Assembly: GCA_963703315.1 (NCBI GenBank)
Contig: OY969811.1
Location: 96,001 to 160,000, forward strand
DNA length: 64,000 bases
Direction: 5' to 3'
Source of the DNA: an uncultured cyanobacterium
GTDB lineage: Bacteria > Cyanobacteriota > Cyanobacteriia > Pseudanabaenales > Pseudanabaenaceae
The position numbers were made by a program, and so were the translations under genes. The notes beneath the pieces were generated by a model, which was given only the letters and a program-made list of their open reading frames with translations, was not told the DNA's origin and ran no database searches. Positions 39,647 to 49,242 of this stretch are shown in pieces. Positions within the stretch are counted from its first letter, which is position 1, and each line of letters begins with the position of its first letter.

Positions 39647-40824
39647 CTAAAAATACGTGGTAAATCTGCGTTTGAATTCTGATACTCGCAATCGAAAAGA
39701 CTGCGGAAAAAACCGCAAAAATGTTATAAATACAATTGGAACAAAATATTGCCATCCGTAATAATTGATAAAACTTATGAATCCTTTAAAATATGAGTAT
39801 TCTGTTAAATGATAAGCTAACCATACACGCCAAGACAAGAGAGATTGAGGCGTAAACATTAGTTTAATAATATCAAGAGTTTTCCCTTCTTGAATCAGCC
39901 AATTCTGAGGGTTTAAACGAGAAAATTCTGATAACGTATTAAGGATTAAATACTGGTTGCTTACATATATTTTAAATCTCTGGTTCTGAACTTGAGTAAG
40001 ATAAATAAAGTCTCCAAGATAGTGAGGATATAAGTTAGATTTTGGATATCCAGTTGTATCAACAACACTTCTTGGTAAGCATACAAAATTACCGTTCAAC
40101 ATATCACATTCCTCAATTTTATTCTGGGGACAATTAATGGATTCAAATAGAGGTTTGTTTGGATATTGAAAGATTTGTTTGTTTTTTCGATGTCCTCCAA
40201 AAGCAATTTGCTGATGATTTGTAGATTGATAACCTTGATAACCAATGATCGTATTAATATTTTGTTTGCAAAAAACAATGAGATTATTGATTGATTCTTT
40301 TGCTACTAAACAATCATCATTTAACCAAATAAAATATTCTGCTCCTTTTTTATAGGCATATTCCATTCCCTTTTTAATTGCACCTGTCCACCATAAATTA
40401 CCATCTCCTTCCAATATAATCACTTCTGGATAAAGAGACTTGATAGCCTCACTAGTTCCATCTGTTGAACTATCATCGACAACAATTGCATAATATTTTG
40501 CGAGATCACCGTTGTCTTTTAATGTCTCTAAGCTAAACAATCATCATTTAACCAAATAAAATATTCTGCTCCTTTTTTATAGGCATATTCCATTCCCTTT
40601 TTAATTGCACCTGTCCACCATAAATTACCATCTCCTTCCAATATAATCACTTCTGGATAAAGAGACTTGATAGCCTCACTAGTTCCATCTGTTGAACTAT
40701 CATCGACAACAATTGCATAATATTTTGCGAGATCACCGTTGTCTTTTAATGTCTCTAAGCATTTAAGGGTGATATCTTTGCGGTTATGGACAGGAATAAT
40801 GATATAGACATTCTCTTTATTCAT
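39647..40824 (-). pseudogene. GT2 glycosyltransferase frameshifted by an internal 227-bp tandem duplication
   Basis: ATG at 40824 (MNKENVYIIIPVHNR). Removing one repeat copy gives a 951-nt, 316-aa intact ORF. The track shows it as two ORFs sharing identical peptide. Confidence 0.88.
40306..40759. repeat. Exact 2 x 227-bp tandem direct repeat
   Basis: 40306-40532 matches 40533-40759 (CTAAACAATCATC...AATGTCTCTAAG). Confidence 0.93.
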
Positions 40825-41623
40825 AGTCAATACCAAGCGATCGCATTTTTGCTTGCAACGCCTGCAACTTAGCCTCAGCCAAATCTGCACGATTTAGCTG
40901 CTCTTCTGCTTTAACACGTTCCTGCTCAGCTTTAACACGTTCCTGCTCAGCTTTAACACGTTCTTGTTCAGCCTTGATACGTTCCTGCTCAGCTTTAATA
41001 CGTTCTTGATTAGCTTTTTGAATTTCCCTTTGTGCTGCCTCTTGGGGTGTGGGTAACAACATACCTTCTAGTGAAAAATAGCGTAGTTCGCCATCATGAA
41101 TTCCGAGAAACATTCCTAGTACTTCACTCCACAACCAACCTTGAGGATTAGGTGTAATTGGCTGGTAGCGATTGATGTCTAGCCTAAATCCTGAGAATTC
41201 TAGAGTGTCAGGAGCAAAGTAGAAATATTCGGGCGTATGAAATCTTTCAGCATACAAATCTCTCTTTAAGGTGCGATCGACATTTGCGGTTGAGTCGGAT
41301 AGTAACTCGATAATTAGATCAGGATATCGTCCATCTTCTTCCCAGACTACCCATGATTTGCGTGGTGATCTAGTAGTGTTTTTGACTAGGAAAAAGTCGG
41401 GACCGCGAAAGTCATGATTTTTTAGTTGCTGGCGGCTAAAATAAATCGTGAGATTTGCGCCAATAAAAAAGTCATTGCGATCTTGCCAAGCCCATTCGAG
41501 ACAGGTTACAAGTAATAACAACTGCATATAATGCAAGGAACTTTCCATCTCAGGCTCATCACTCAAGAGTTGACTAGCATCGGGCATTTGCATCTCTAAT
41601 TCACGGGCGGTAATTGCTGCCAT
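40817..41623 (-). CDS. Uma2/DUF820-family endonuclease-like protein with coiled-coil tail
   Basis: SDEPEMESSLH; RGPDFF; PDLIIELLSDST; TPEYF. Confidence 0.9.
   Translation of the reverse strand: MAAITARELEMQMPDASQLLSDEPEMESSLHYMQLLLLVTCLEWAWQDRNDFFIGANLTIYFSRQQLKNHDFRGPDFFLVKNTTRSPRKSWVVWEEDGRYPDLIIELLSDSTANVDRTLKRDLYAERFHTPEYFYFAPDTLEFSGFRLDINRYQPITPNPQGWLWSEVLGMFLGIHDGELRYFSLEGMLLPTPQEAAQREIQKANQERIKAEQERIKAEQERVKAEQERVKAEQERVKAEEQLNRADLAEAKLQALQAKMRSLGIDYE
40908..41012 (-). repeat. Five 21-bp coding tandem repeats (QER[IV]KAE)
   Basis: Unit GCTTTAACACGTTCCTGCTCA and variants. Confidence 0.85.
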
Positions 41624-41646
41624 GTATGTACTCTCCTGATGCACTT

Positions 41647-41714
41647 TTACAGCGCTTTTCGTTCAAACCCGAATCAAAAATTCTTGGGATTCGTTTGATC
41701 GGAAATTGCTGTAA
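41647..41714. repeat. Short element with terminal IR TTACAGC...GCTGTAA
   Basis: Imperfect hairpin upstream of the Uma2 gene. Confidence 0.4.
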
Positions 41715-41733
41715 TGATTATAACCATCATTAG

Positions 41734-42798
41734 TTATAGCTGCGATTCGATCGCCTGTAACAATTTTTCCTGTGTCCAATTTTGGTAGAGATGAGCCGCG
41801 ATCGCTGCTGCACCTGCGCCCACACCTTCTTTAACAAAGCCCTGCTCATAAGCCCGTAACTGCGGAAATTGGGACTTGGCAAAACTTAGTTGGGTTGCGA
41901 GTAATGGCACATCACGCACAGCTAAGGCTAGCTCCATCGTTTTACCTGTGGGGTCTTCGGCAACCCATCGGGTTGTGCCGATCGCGATCGCGTTAGGATG
42001 CCATGTGAGATTTTGATAGATAGCGATCGCTCTGGCTAGGGCATAGACTGCCAGCATTTGTGTACCGCCTGCGAGTAATACACCTGCATGACGACTGGCG
42101 GCGATCGCCATTCCTGCGACGACAATTTGCATGGGATCGCCTACGGCTGCCACAATTTCAAAAGGTGTTGCTTCTGAGGTGAGATGTTGTAATCCTGATT
42201 GCACGATTTCCCATTTTTGATCATGGTTACAGGTGGGATGGGAGCTATTGACTTTATCTTTCGCCTCAATTCCCAAAGCGGTTAGGACAGCTAAAGCTGT
42301 AGTTGTACCACCGACGACACATTCACTGAGGATGACATAGGCTCCCGATTGCGCTAACTTCTCTCCCCAGACTAATCCCTGTACAAATAATTGCAATACG
42401 GTTTCAATGGGTAATGCTTTCCCTGTACTCACACATTTTGCGGGTAACCCACCGAGGGCGATCGCTTTAGTTTCATCGGTGGGAGAAATTAATAAACCTG
42501 CGTCAAAGATAAAAAGTGGTAGGTCTTGGGCAGCAACAACGGCACGGGAAATTAAGACGGGTGATGCACCTGCCACTAGGGGCGGTAAAGGGAAGTTAAT
42601 ATTTTTGCCTGTAGCCAGAAATTCGGCATCGGCGATCGCCGTATATTTGCGGTCTTCAGGAGTTGCTCCTGCGGCAGAAATATTGGGGATTAAGCCTGTT
42701 TCGGTAAATCCCAACACACAAGCAAATACTGGGCGTTTAGCACGATAGGTTTTGAGCCAAGCTTTGGCTTTTTTGCGTTGTGTGTAGATTTTAATCAT
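41734..42798 (-). CDS. cobT: Nicotinate-nucleotide--dimethylbenzimidazole phosphoribosyltransferase (TIGR00303-type)
   Basis: LGFTET..IPNISAAGATP; ECVVGGTTTA; GDPMQ; AGGTQM; KEGVGAG. Confidence 0.88.
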   Translation of the reverse strand: MIKIYTQRKKAKAWLKTYRAKRPVFACVLGFTETGLIPNISAAGATPEDRKYTAIADAEFLATGKNINFPLPPLVAGASPVLISRAVVAAQDLPLFIFDAGLLISPTDETKAIALGGLPAKCVSTGKALPIETVLQLFVQGLVWGEKLAQSGAYVILSECVVGGTTTALAVLTALGIEAKDKVNSSHPTCNHDQKWEIVQSGLQHLTSEATPFEIVAAVGDPMQIVVAGMAIAASRHAGVLLAGGTQMLAVYALARAIAIYQNLTWHPNAIAIGTTRWVAEDPTGKTMELALAVRDVPLLATQLSFAKSQFPQLRAYEQGFVKEGVGAGAAAIAAHLYQNWTQEKLLQAIESQL

Positions 42799-42901
42799 TG
42801 ATCTTTTATAGCAAATCCCGTAGGTTCACTTTGTAAATATAGCTGTACCAGAAGACGAGTGGCGGCGCTTCGCGCCGCCACTCGCCTATATATTCGCAAG
42901 A

Positions 42902-43042
42902 TTATTTCTGCTTACGACAGCGATCGCTACAATATTTCACATCATCCCAACATTTTTCCCACTTCTTGCGCCATGTAAAGGGTTTGCCACAAACTACACA
43001 TTCTTTGCTGGGGAGAAAAGATTTATTCCCTTTGTAAGCCAT
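42902..43042 (-). CDS. DUF2256-like small Cys-rich protein (46 aa)
   Basis: [46 protein letters not shown]. Too short for the ORF track. Confidence 0.85.
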   Translation of the reverse strand: MAYKGNKSFLPSKECVVCGKPFTWRKKWEKCWDDVKYCSDRCRKQK

Positions 43043-43127
43043 ATTTTTGAAAGATAGAGTATTGGTGTGAGGCTTTGCCTCACACCAATACTCTATAGCG
43101 TTTCCCCGTCAAGAATTGGGCAAGGAC

Positions 43128-43230
43128 TAAGTAGCTGAGCATAATTAAAAACCAGAGCAAAACCTGTGGCGCACGCTGCGCGTGCGCCACAGGTTTTTGG
43201 GTTTTATATTTAATTGCGCTCAGCTAATTA
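43128..43230. mobile_element. MITE family A copy
   Basis: TAAGTAGCTGAGC...GCTCAGCTAATTA with central hairpin ACCTGTGGCGCACGC..GCGTGCGCCACAGGT. Confidence 0.8.
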
Positions 43231-43238
43231 TCATACTT

Positions 43239-44675
43239 TCAAGTATTTTGAATCGTATTCACCACTCGACGACGGGTTTCAAGAATTTGACTGATTTCGC
43301 GGGCAAAGTTGGGCTGGCGATCAATCATTTGATTCACGGCACTGGCGGAAATCATCATCACTTCTAAATCTTCAACAGCAGTAACGGCGATCGGACTGGG
43401 TTCACCAGAGAAAAGCGTCATCTCTCCAAAAAATTCGCCAGTCTTGACGATGAGAATTTCATGCTCTTTGCCATAGCGATCGCTGACGGTCATCATCGCT
43501 CGCCCTGCAATCACAATATATAAAGCATTACTACTATTTCCTTGCCAGATTACCTTTTCACCCGCACCATAATGCTGTAAATCAATTCCATCGGCATCAG
43601 AATCAGGATTTTGTAATGGCACAAATGCAGGGATTGATTGGAGGCTCTCGGTAAATTTTTTGGAAGTTCCCTCAGCATGGGAAGTGGGACCATGAAAATG
43701 ATAGAGGGTGCGAATCGGAAAGGGAATTGTGAGGCTATTGCGCTGGGCAGCATACCAGAGACGACTCATAAAGCGATCGCGAATTTCTTCTAGTTCAGCA
43801 TATTTATCGATAAAAAACTTCACTTCATAGGTAATCGATGAATCATCATAGGAAATTGTAAAAATTTGAGGTTCAGGATTTTTGAGAATTCCTTGAGTTT
43901 CTAATGCCGTATCGTGGAGAACGTGTTTGGCTAAGTTGGGAGGATCTTTATAGGAGAATCCCACACGAATACGCTCAGCATGGAGAGATTGCGGCTGACT
44001 AAAATTACGAATAATTTCATTGCTGATCAGCTTATGGGGAATAATCACCATCTCTCGCTCAAAGGTAATCAAGCGCACTGCACGCCAATTGATATCAATA
44101 ACTTGACCTTGAATGTCACCGACTTTGAGCCAGTCTCCCACCGAAAAGGGGCGCTCAAATAGAAGTGCAATCCCTGACATAACGCTGCCAAGGGTATCTT
44201 GCAAGGCTAAACCAATCACAATCGAACTCACCCCTAGAGCCGTGACTAGTCCTGCAAGGTCAGCATTCCAGACCGTTGCTAAGACGATCGCTGTACCTAA
44301 GAGAACTAAAAACAATCGAAATAAATCGATTAAGAGTTTCGGAACTCGCGCCCGCCAAGTATCCGCTTTTGCTTGTTCAAAAATGATGGCATTCAGGAGT
44401 GATAGCGCCGCGTGCAGCACACAAATCCAAAATAGAGTTTGGATGCTCTTAACGAGGTCATCACTAGCAGGACGTTGCAGCACATACTGCACAAACAGCA
44501 TGAAGGCAAACATTGGCAGTACCAAGTTCCGCACTACTTGCAAAGTGTTAGCTAGTGGTTTGCGCCGCTTTTGCAAGCGATAAATCACTTCACCAAGAAT
44601 AATTACCGATAGAGCTAAACCGATAATTAAGGCGATCGCCCAAACAAATAGATAACTGGCAGTAGGTTGTGGCAT
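43239..44675 (-). CDS. MscS-family mechanosensitive channel with C-terminal cyclic-nucleotide-binding domain
   Basis: GLALQDTLG..SGI.LLFERPFSVGDW; IPFP; GEFFGEM. Confidence 0.9.
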   Translation of the reverse strand: MPQPTASYLFVWAIALIIGLALSVIILGEVIYRLQKRRKPLANTLQVVRNLVLPMFAFMLFVQYVLQRPASDDLVKSIQTLFWICVLHAALSLLNAIIFEQAKADTWRARVPKLLIDLFRLFLVLLGTAIVLATVWNADLAGLVTALGVSSIVIGLALQDTLGSVMSGIALLFERPFSVGDWLKVGDIQGQVIDINWRAVRLITFEREMVIIPHKLISNEIIRNFSQPQSLHAERIRVGFSYKDPPNLAKHVLHDTALETQGILKNPEPQIFTISYDDSSITYEVKFFIDKYAELEEIRDRFMSRLWYAAQRNSLTIPFPIRTLYHFHGPTSHAEGTSKKFTESLQSIPAFVPLQNPDSDADGIDLQHYGAGEKVIWQGNSSNALYIVIAGRAMMTVSDRYGKEHEILIVKTGEFFGEMTLFSGEPSPIAVTAVEDLEVMMISASAVNQMIDRQPNFAREISQILETRRRVVNTIQNT

Positions 44676-44728
44676 ATAGGCTTGTTAGTAATTGGAAGTA
44701 ATAATTGCCGAGATCCGCATGGCAATCA

Positions 44729-46846
44729 TTACTTAGTTTTTTTGAGTTGCCATGCTTGCAACAGATTTGTACCATCTTCGATCTTGGTGGCTAGAGGGGC
44801 AAACTCATAGAGATCGCCGAGACGGTTATAAATTTCCTGAGAGACTAAAATCGTTCCCTCTGGACAAGCGGATTTTAAAGCACTCGCAATATTGATCGTG
44901 TCGCCCCAGACATCGTAAAGGAATTTATTTCTACCGACAATTCCTGCCACGATATCACCTGAGTTAACTCCTAAACTGATATTCAAATGGAGGTTCCGTT
45001 CTTGGCTAAACCTTCGCACGATCGCTTGCATTTCTAGACCAAAATCGATCGCCCGTTTATCATGGTCGAGGTAAGGGACAGATAATCCACAAACTGCCAT
45101 ATAGCTATCACCGATGGTTTTAATTTTTTCGATGCCATAGCGATCGGCGGTTTCATCAAAGCTGGTCACGAGATCATTGAGAATACTCACAATTTCGTAA
45201 GCGCTCAACGAATCGGATAATTTGGAAAAACCTGTCAAATCAGAAAATATCACCGTTACATTAGAAATACTTTCCGCAATATTTTTTTCGCCTTGCTTGA
45301 GGCGCTTAGCGATCGCCGCAGGAAAGATACTCAGCAATAACTGCTCATTCTCACGATTTTTCTCTTCCACTAAATCGGTTTGATCGCGAAGACTTATCAC
45401 CATTGCATTAAAGGATTGAGCAAGCTCCCCAAATTCATCTTGACTCTCTAAAGTGGCGATCGCATCCAATTGACCAGCCGCCACTTTACGAGCGCTCTCA
45501 ATTAATTGATTAATCGGTTTCACAAAAAAGGATGCCATAACCATCGCTAATACCACGACTACCAGCATGAGCAGCGTTGCCGAAATTAATAACTGACGCT
45601 CAAAATCATAAATAGGGGTATAGGCTTCGGCTAAATCAATTTCTGATAAAACTGCCCAATTCAATCCTTCTATTTGTAAAGGAGCATAGGAACTCAGTAC
45701 AGGAATATCACGATAATCGCGAATAGTTTTAATACCCTGTTTACCCATTAGTGATTCCTCAACCGCAGGTGTACGCACAGTCTGTGCCAAGATCGAAGTC
45801 TTATATTGCCGAATCCGATTAATCGTTTCTTTATTCGCTCCCAAAGCCGTGAGGGTTTTAATATATTCTTCAGGGGTTTCAATCAAAAAGCGGGAAACCG
45901 ATCGCATTAGATAGTCTTGACCAACCAGATAGGTTTCACCACTTTTACCTAAGCCATCACCTTCCCATTTACGATTACCCGTCATCACATTATTAATCTC
46001 ATCCACTGGTACTTGGATGGCGAGAACTCCAATAAATTTAGATTGATTAAAAATGGGAGCCGCAATAAAGGCGGCAGGAGCGCCGTAGGATGGAGCATAG
46101 GATTCAAAATCAATAATTCGGGCATAGTCTTTTTCTTTGGAACGACGGATGGAGGCGAATAGACGGGCTAAGTTACTATCGTTATAAGCGCCAATAGTCA
46201 AACTAGTGGCAAAATCTGTCTCTTTATAAACCGTATAAACAATTCTGCCATCGGCATCAATCAGGAAGAGGTCATAGTAACCAAACTTCTCAATAATATT
46301 TCTAAAAATGGGATGATAACGCTCATGGAGACGGCTATATTCACTGCCATCATTGGCTTTGTCTAAGATATGTTTTTTGCCAACGGGTTGAGAATTTGCC
46401 GCGATGTAATGATATTGCAGATAGTTACTGGCGATCGATTCTGGTAAAAAAGAATTGAGAACGGGAGAACCCTGCTCTGTCTTGGCTAACTTAGGCAAAA
46501 ATTCATTTTGATAATAGGCATTAATTTTTGGAGATGCATCGGCGGGTAAGTTTGCAGTATCAAGCTGTCGATAAGCATTGGTAAATTCAGCGATCGCCGA
46601 TCCCATCGATGGATCATTGCTCAAAGTTTGAATGTGATTGCGAATGGTTTTGAAATAGGACTCAATTTGGTAGGCTTTGGATGCGCGGACACTGGTTAGC
46701 TGATTAAACACGCGATCGGTCAAGTTAGATTTTCCACTTTGATAACCCAGATATGCCGTCACGAGAATGGAGCTACTGCTAACCATTAACAACATCAAAA
46801 TCAGTTTTGATTTGATGCTCAGCCAATTGAATTTAAACCACTGCAT
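44729..46846 (-). CDS. Membrane class III adenylate/guanylate cyclase (Cache-like sensor, HAMP)
   Basis: Two TMs; HAMP (KPINQL...DEFGELAQSFN); FSDLTGF; KIKTIGDSYM; YDVWGDTIN. Confidence 0.88.
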   Translation of the reverse strand: MQWFKFNWLSIKSKLILMLLMVSSSSILVTAYLGYQSGKSNLTDRVFNQLTSVRASKAYQIESYFKTIRNHIQTLSNDPSMGSAIAEFTNAYRQLDTANLPADASPKINAYYQNEFLPKLAKTEQGSPVLNSFLPESIASNYLQYHYIAANSQPVGKKHILDKANDGSEYSRLHERYHPIFRNIIEKFGYYDLFLIDADGRIVYTVYKETDFATSLTIGAYNDSNLARLFASIRRSKEKDYARIIDFESYAPSYGAPAAFIAAPIFNQSKFIGVLAIQVPVDEINNVMTGNRKWEGDGLGKSGETYLVGQDYLMRSVSRFLIETPEEYIKTLTALGANKETINRIRQYKTSILAQTVRTPAVEESLMGKQGIKTIRDYRDIPVLSSYAPLQIEGLNWAVLSEIDLAEAYTPIYDFERQLLISATLLMLVVVVLAMVMASFFVKPINQLIESARKVAAGQLDAIATLESQDEFGELAQSFNAMVISLRDQTDLVEEKNRENEQLLLSIFPAAIAKRLKQGEKNIAESISNVTVIFSDLTGFSKLSDSLSAYEIVSILNDLVTSFDETADRYGIEKIKTIGDSYMAVCGLSVPYLDHDKRAIDFGLEMQAIVRRFSQERNLHLNISLGVNSGDIVAGIVGRNKFLYDVWGDTINIASALKSACPEGTILVSQEIYNRLGDLYEFAPLATKIEDGTNLLQAWQLKKTK

Positions 46847-46941
46847 ATAAAACCGTTTATTTACTTGAGTCAGCAAAGCTGGAAACGCTCTCAGTTTTAC
46901 AGGTAATGACTACATCTATATGGAACCAAATATACTGAATA

Positions 46942-47004
46942 ATATAAAAACCTAAAACCTGTGGCGCACGCGCAGCGTGCGCCACAGGTTTTAGGTTTTT
47001 ATAT
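46942..47004. repeat. Family A core hairpin without termini
   Basis: ATATAAAAACCTAAAACCTGTGGCGCACGC-GCA-GCGTGCGCCACAGGTTTTAGGTTTTTATAT. Confidence 0.75.
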
Positions 47005-47106
47005 CAAATATCGCAAAATTAAAATCCTGCGCTTTATGCCGTACCTTATTTTTTCGGGTTATGTTCTAAACTTATAGTGACAACACCTCTATGGGTGTCC
47101 CGTTTA

Positions 47107-47209
47107 ATAGCAATTTACGAAAGTGTGCCAACACTTTTATGAATTAAAACCCAAATCCAGTAAGGGTTTTCAAAACTAAAAATGGATACGCCATTTTTAG
47201 TTTTGGTAT
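47107..47209 (-). mobile_element. MITE family B copy (inverted)
   Basis: Reverse-complement match to 15480-15582. Confidence 0.78.
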
Positions 47210-47243
47210 AACATTTTTTTAGTTTAAGCCGCGCACCAAAACC

Positions 47244-49223
47244 ATGCTAGGGAAAATCCTTGTAAGTCGTTATAAAATTTCTGAAGAATTAGGGCGTGGC
47301 GGTTTTGGTCAGACCTTCATTGCTGAAGATATGCACTTACCTGGTCATCCAAAATGTGTAATTAAGCAATTAAAGCCGAGGGATACACATACATTTGTTT
47401 TGGAGTCAGCCAGAAAGTTATTCGATCGCGAGGCTCAAACTCTCTATAAGTTGGGAAACCATAGTCAAATTCCATCACTCTTAGCTCACTTTGAGTATGA
47501 AACGGAATTTTATTTAGCACAAGAGATGATTGAAGGCAATGTCCTCAGCCGCGAAATCACATCTGGCAAACAATTAAATGAAGCCTATGTTTTATGGCTA
47601 CTGCAAGAAGTATTAGAAGTTTTAGCGTTTGTCCATACCCAGAATGTAATCCATCGCGATATCAAACCATCAAATTTGATTAAACGATTTGCAGATGGCA
47701 AGATTGTCCTGATTGACTTTGGCGCAGTTAAAGAGACTAGTTTACAAACAAGCGGGTCGCAAGAACATACAAGTATCACGGTCACAATTGGCTCCCCTGG
47801 TTATATGCCTGATGAGCAAGCTAACGGCAGACCCAAATTTGCAAGTGATATTTATGCAACGGGGATGATGTGCATTCATGCGCTGACGGGAGTAACGCCT
47901 AGCCAAATGCCCGAAGACCAAAAAACGGGAGAAATTGTTTGGCGCGATCTGGTTCCTCATCTTAATTCGGAACTGGCAAATTTTTTAGACAAGATGACGC
48001 GCCCACATTTTTCGCAGCGTTTTCAAAATGGAACTGAGGCTTTGCTCGCCTTACAGGATTTGCAAAGAGCAGATGCTTTCAGTACGACTATTATTCCCAG
48101 TCAACCAATGCAAGCAGCGATCGCCTCTATTAATGAATCTGATCAACCTAATTCAACTATTGTGCTGACGGAGCCAAATATTACACCTGTAGAGCAACCT
48201 TCAACTGTGATTTCGCCTGACCCTGTAGTTAGTGAACCTCCTCACACAACGATCACTGTACCCAAGTTTGTTGCAGCACAAAATGCATTGCAAGGTACTA
48301 CAGTTTCTAAGCAAGATGATCCATCAGTAACCAATGTTGCTGAAAAGCCGATCGCTAGCAAACTACAAGTCAAGAAGCCGTTTTTGATTATTGCTGCAAT
48401 CATCGCCGTGATCGCCGCAATTTCCAGTCATATAGTTTGGAAACAGTCTGAAGATAGTAAGCGCCTTGCTCAAGAGATAGAATTAATCAAGGGTTTAAAG
48501 GGAAGTCAAAAATATCAAGAATGTAGCGATCGCGCCAAGGCAATTTCTAGCAGTGCAGCCGATACGCCTGTGCAAAGTTTGCTAAAGGAATGTCTCAATG
48601 GTCTGAGTGAGATTGAAGGCAAAGCACAACTAACGGAAGCTCAAAAGTTAGTCAAACAGAATAAGCTAAAAGAGGCGATCGCGATCGCTACTAAAATTAA
48701 TCCCAATAGTTCTGTATATGCAGAGTCTCAGAAATTAATTGATCAATGGTCACAACAACTTTTAGGCATTGCTACAAAAAAATATCAAGAGGAAGGTCAG
48801 TTAAAAGAGGCGATCGCCTTACTACAGGAAATTCCTCTCAATACTCCAACAGGTAGAAAAGTCACTGCACTTACAAATGAATGGCAAATGCAATTTGAAA
48901 AAGAGAGTAAAGCTTTAGCATTAGCAAAAACAGCTTTATCTCAAGCCCGATGGAATGATGCGATCCTAGAATCAAATAAAGTGAAACTACCATTTTTAAG
49001 AATTAAGGCTACGGATATTACAAATCAGGCAAGAGCGGAAATAATTGCCGAAAACTCAGGTACTTACACTGTTTTAGATAGGAGTCCATTACCCCAGCCA
49101 GAGACATCTGTCAAATCAGAGCCATCTATTACAACTAATCCACCGATCACAACTAACTCACCTGTTAATCCATCTTCTTCACCTCAAAATGACTCTGACG
49201 GCTTAACTACAGGTAGTAGATAA
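47244..49223 (+). CDS. Hanks-type Ser/Thr protein kinase with TM and extracytoplasmic helical domain
   Basis: LGRGGFG, VIKQL, HRDIKPSN, DFG, GSPGYMP and SDIYA; TM FLIIAAIIAVIAAI. Confidence 0.95.
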   Translation: MLGKILVSRYKISEELGRGGFGQTFIAEDMHLPGHPKCVIKQLKPRDTHTFVLESARKLFDREAQTLYKLGNHSQIPSLLAHFEYETEFYLAQEMIEGNVLSREITSGKQLNEAYVLWLLQEVLEVLAFVHTQNVIHRDIKPSNLIKRFADGKIVLIDFGAVKETSLQTSGSQEHTSITVTIGSPGYMPDEQANGRPKFASDIYATGMMCIHALTGVTPSQMPEDQKTGEIVWRDLVPHLNSELANFLDKMTRPHFSQRFQNGTEALLALQDLQRADAFSTTIIPSQPMQAAIASINESDQPNSTIVLTEPNITPVEQPSTVISPDPVVSEPPHTTITVPKFVAAQNALQGTTVSKQDDPSVTNVAEKPIASKLQVKKPFLIIAAIIAVIAAISSHIVWKQSEDSKRLAQEIELIKGLKGSQKYQECSDRAKAISSSAADTPVQSLLKECLNGLSEIEGKAQLTEAQKLVKQNKLKEAIAIATKINPNSSVYAESQKLIDQWSQQLLGIATKKYQEEGQLKEAIALLQEIPLNTPTGRKVTALTNEWQMQFEKESKALALAKTALSQARWNDAILESNKVKLPFLRIKATDITNQARAEIIAENSGTYTVLDRSPLPQPETSVKSEPSITTNPPITTNSPVNPSSSPQNDSDGLTTGSR

Positions 49224-49242
49224 ACTTTATGTACTCAGTTCT

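Noticed and set aside
39647..40890. Two separate GT2 genes as in the ORF track
   Set aside because: They are halves of one gene split by the 227-bp duplication.
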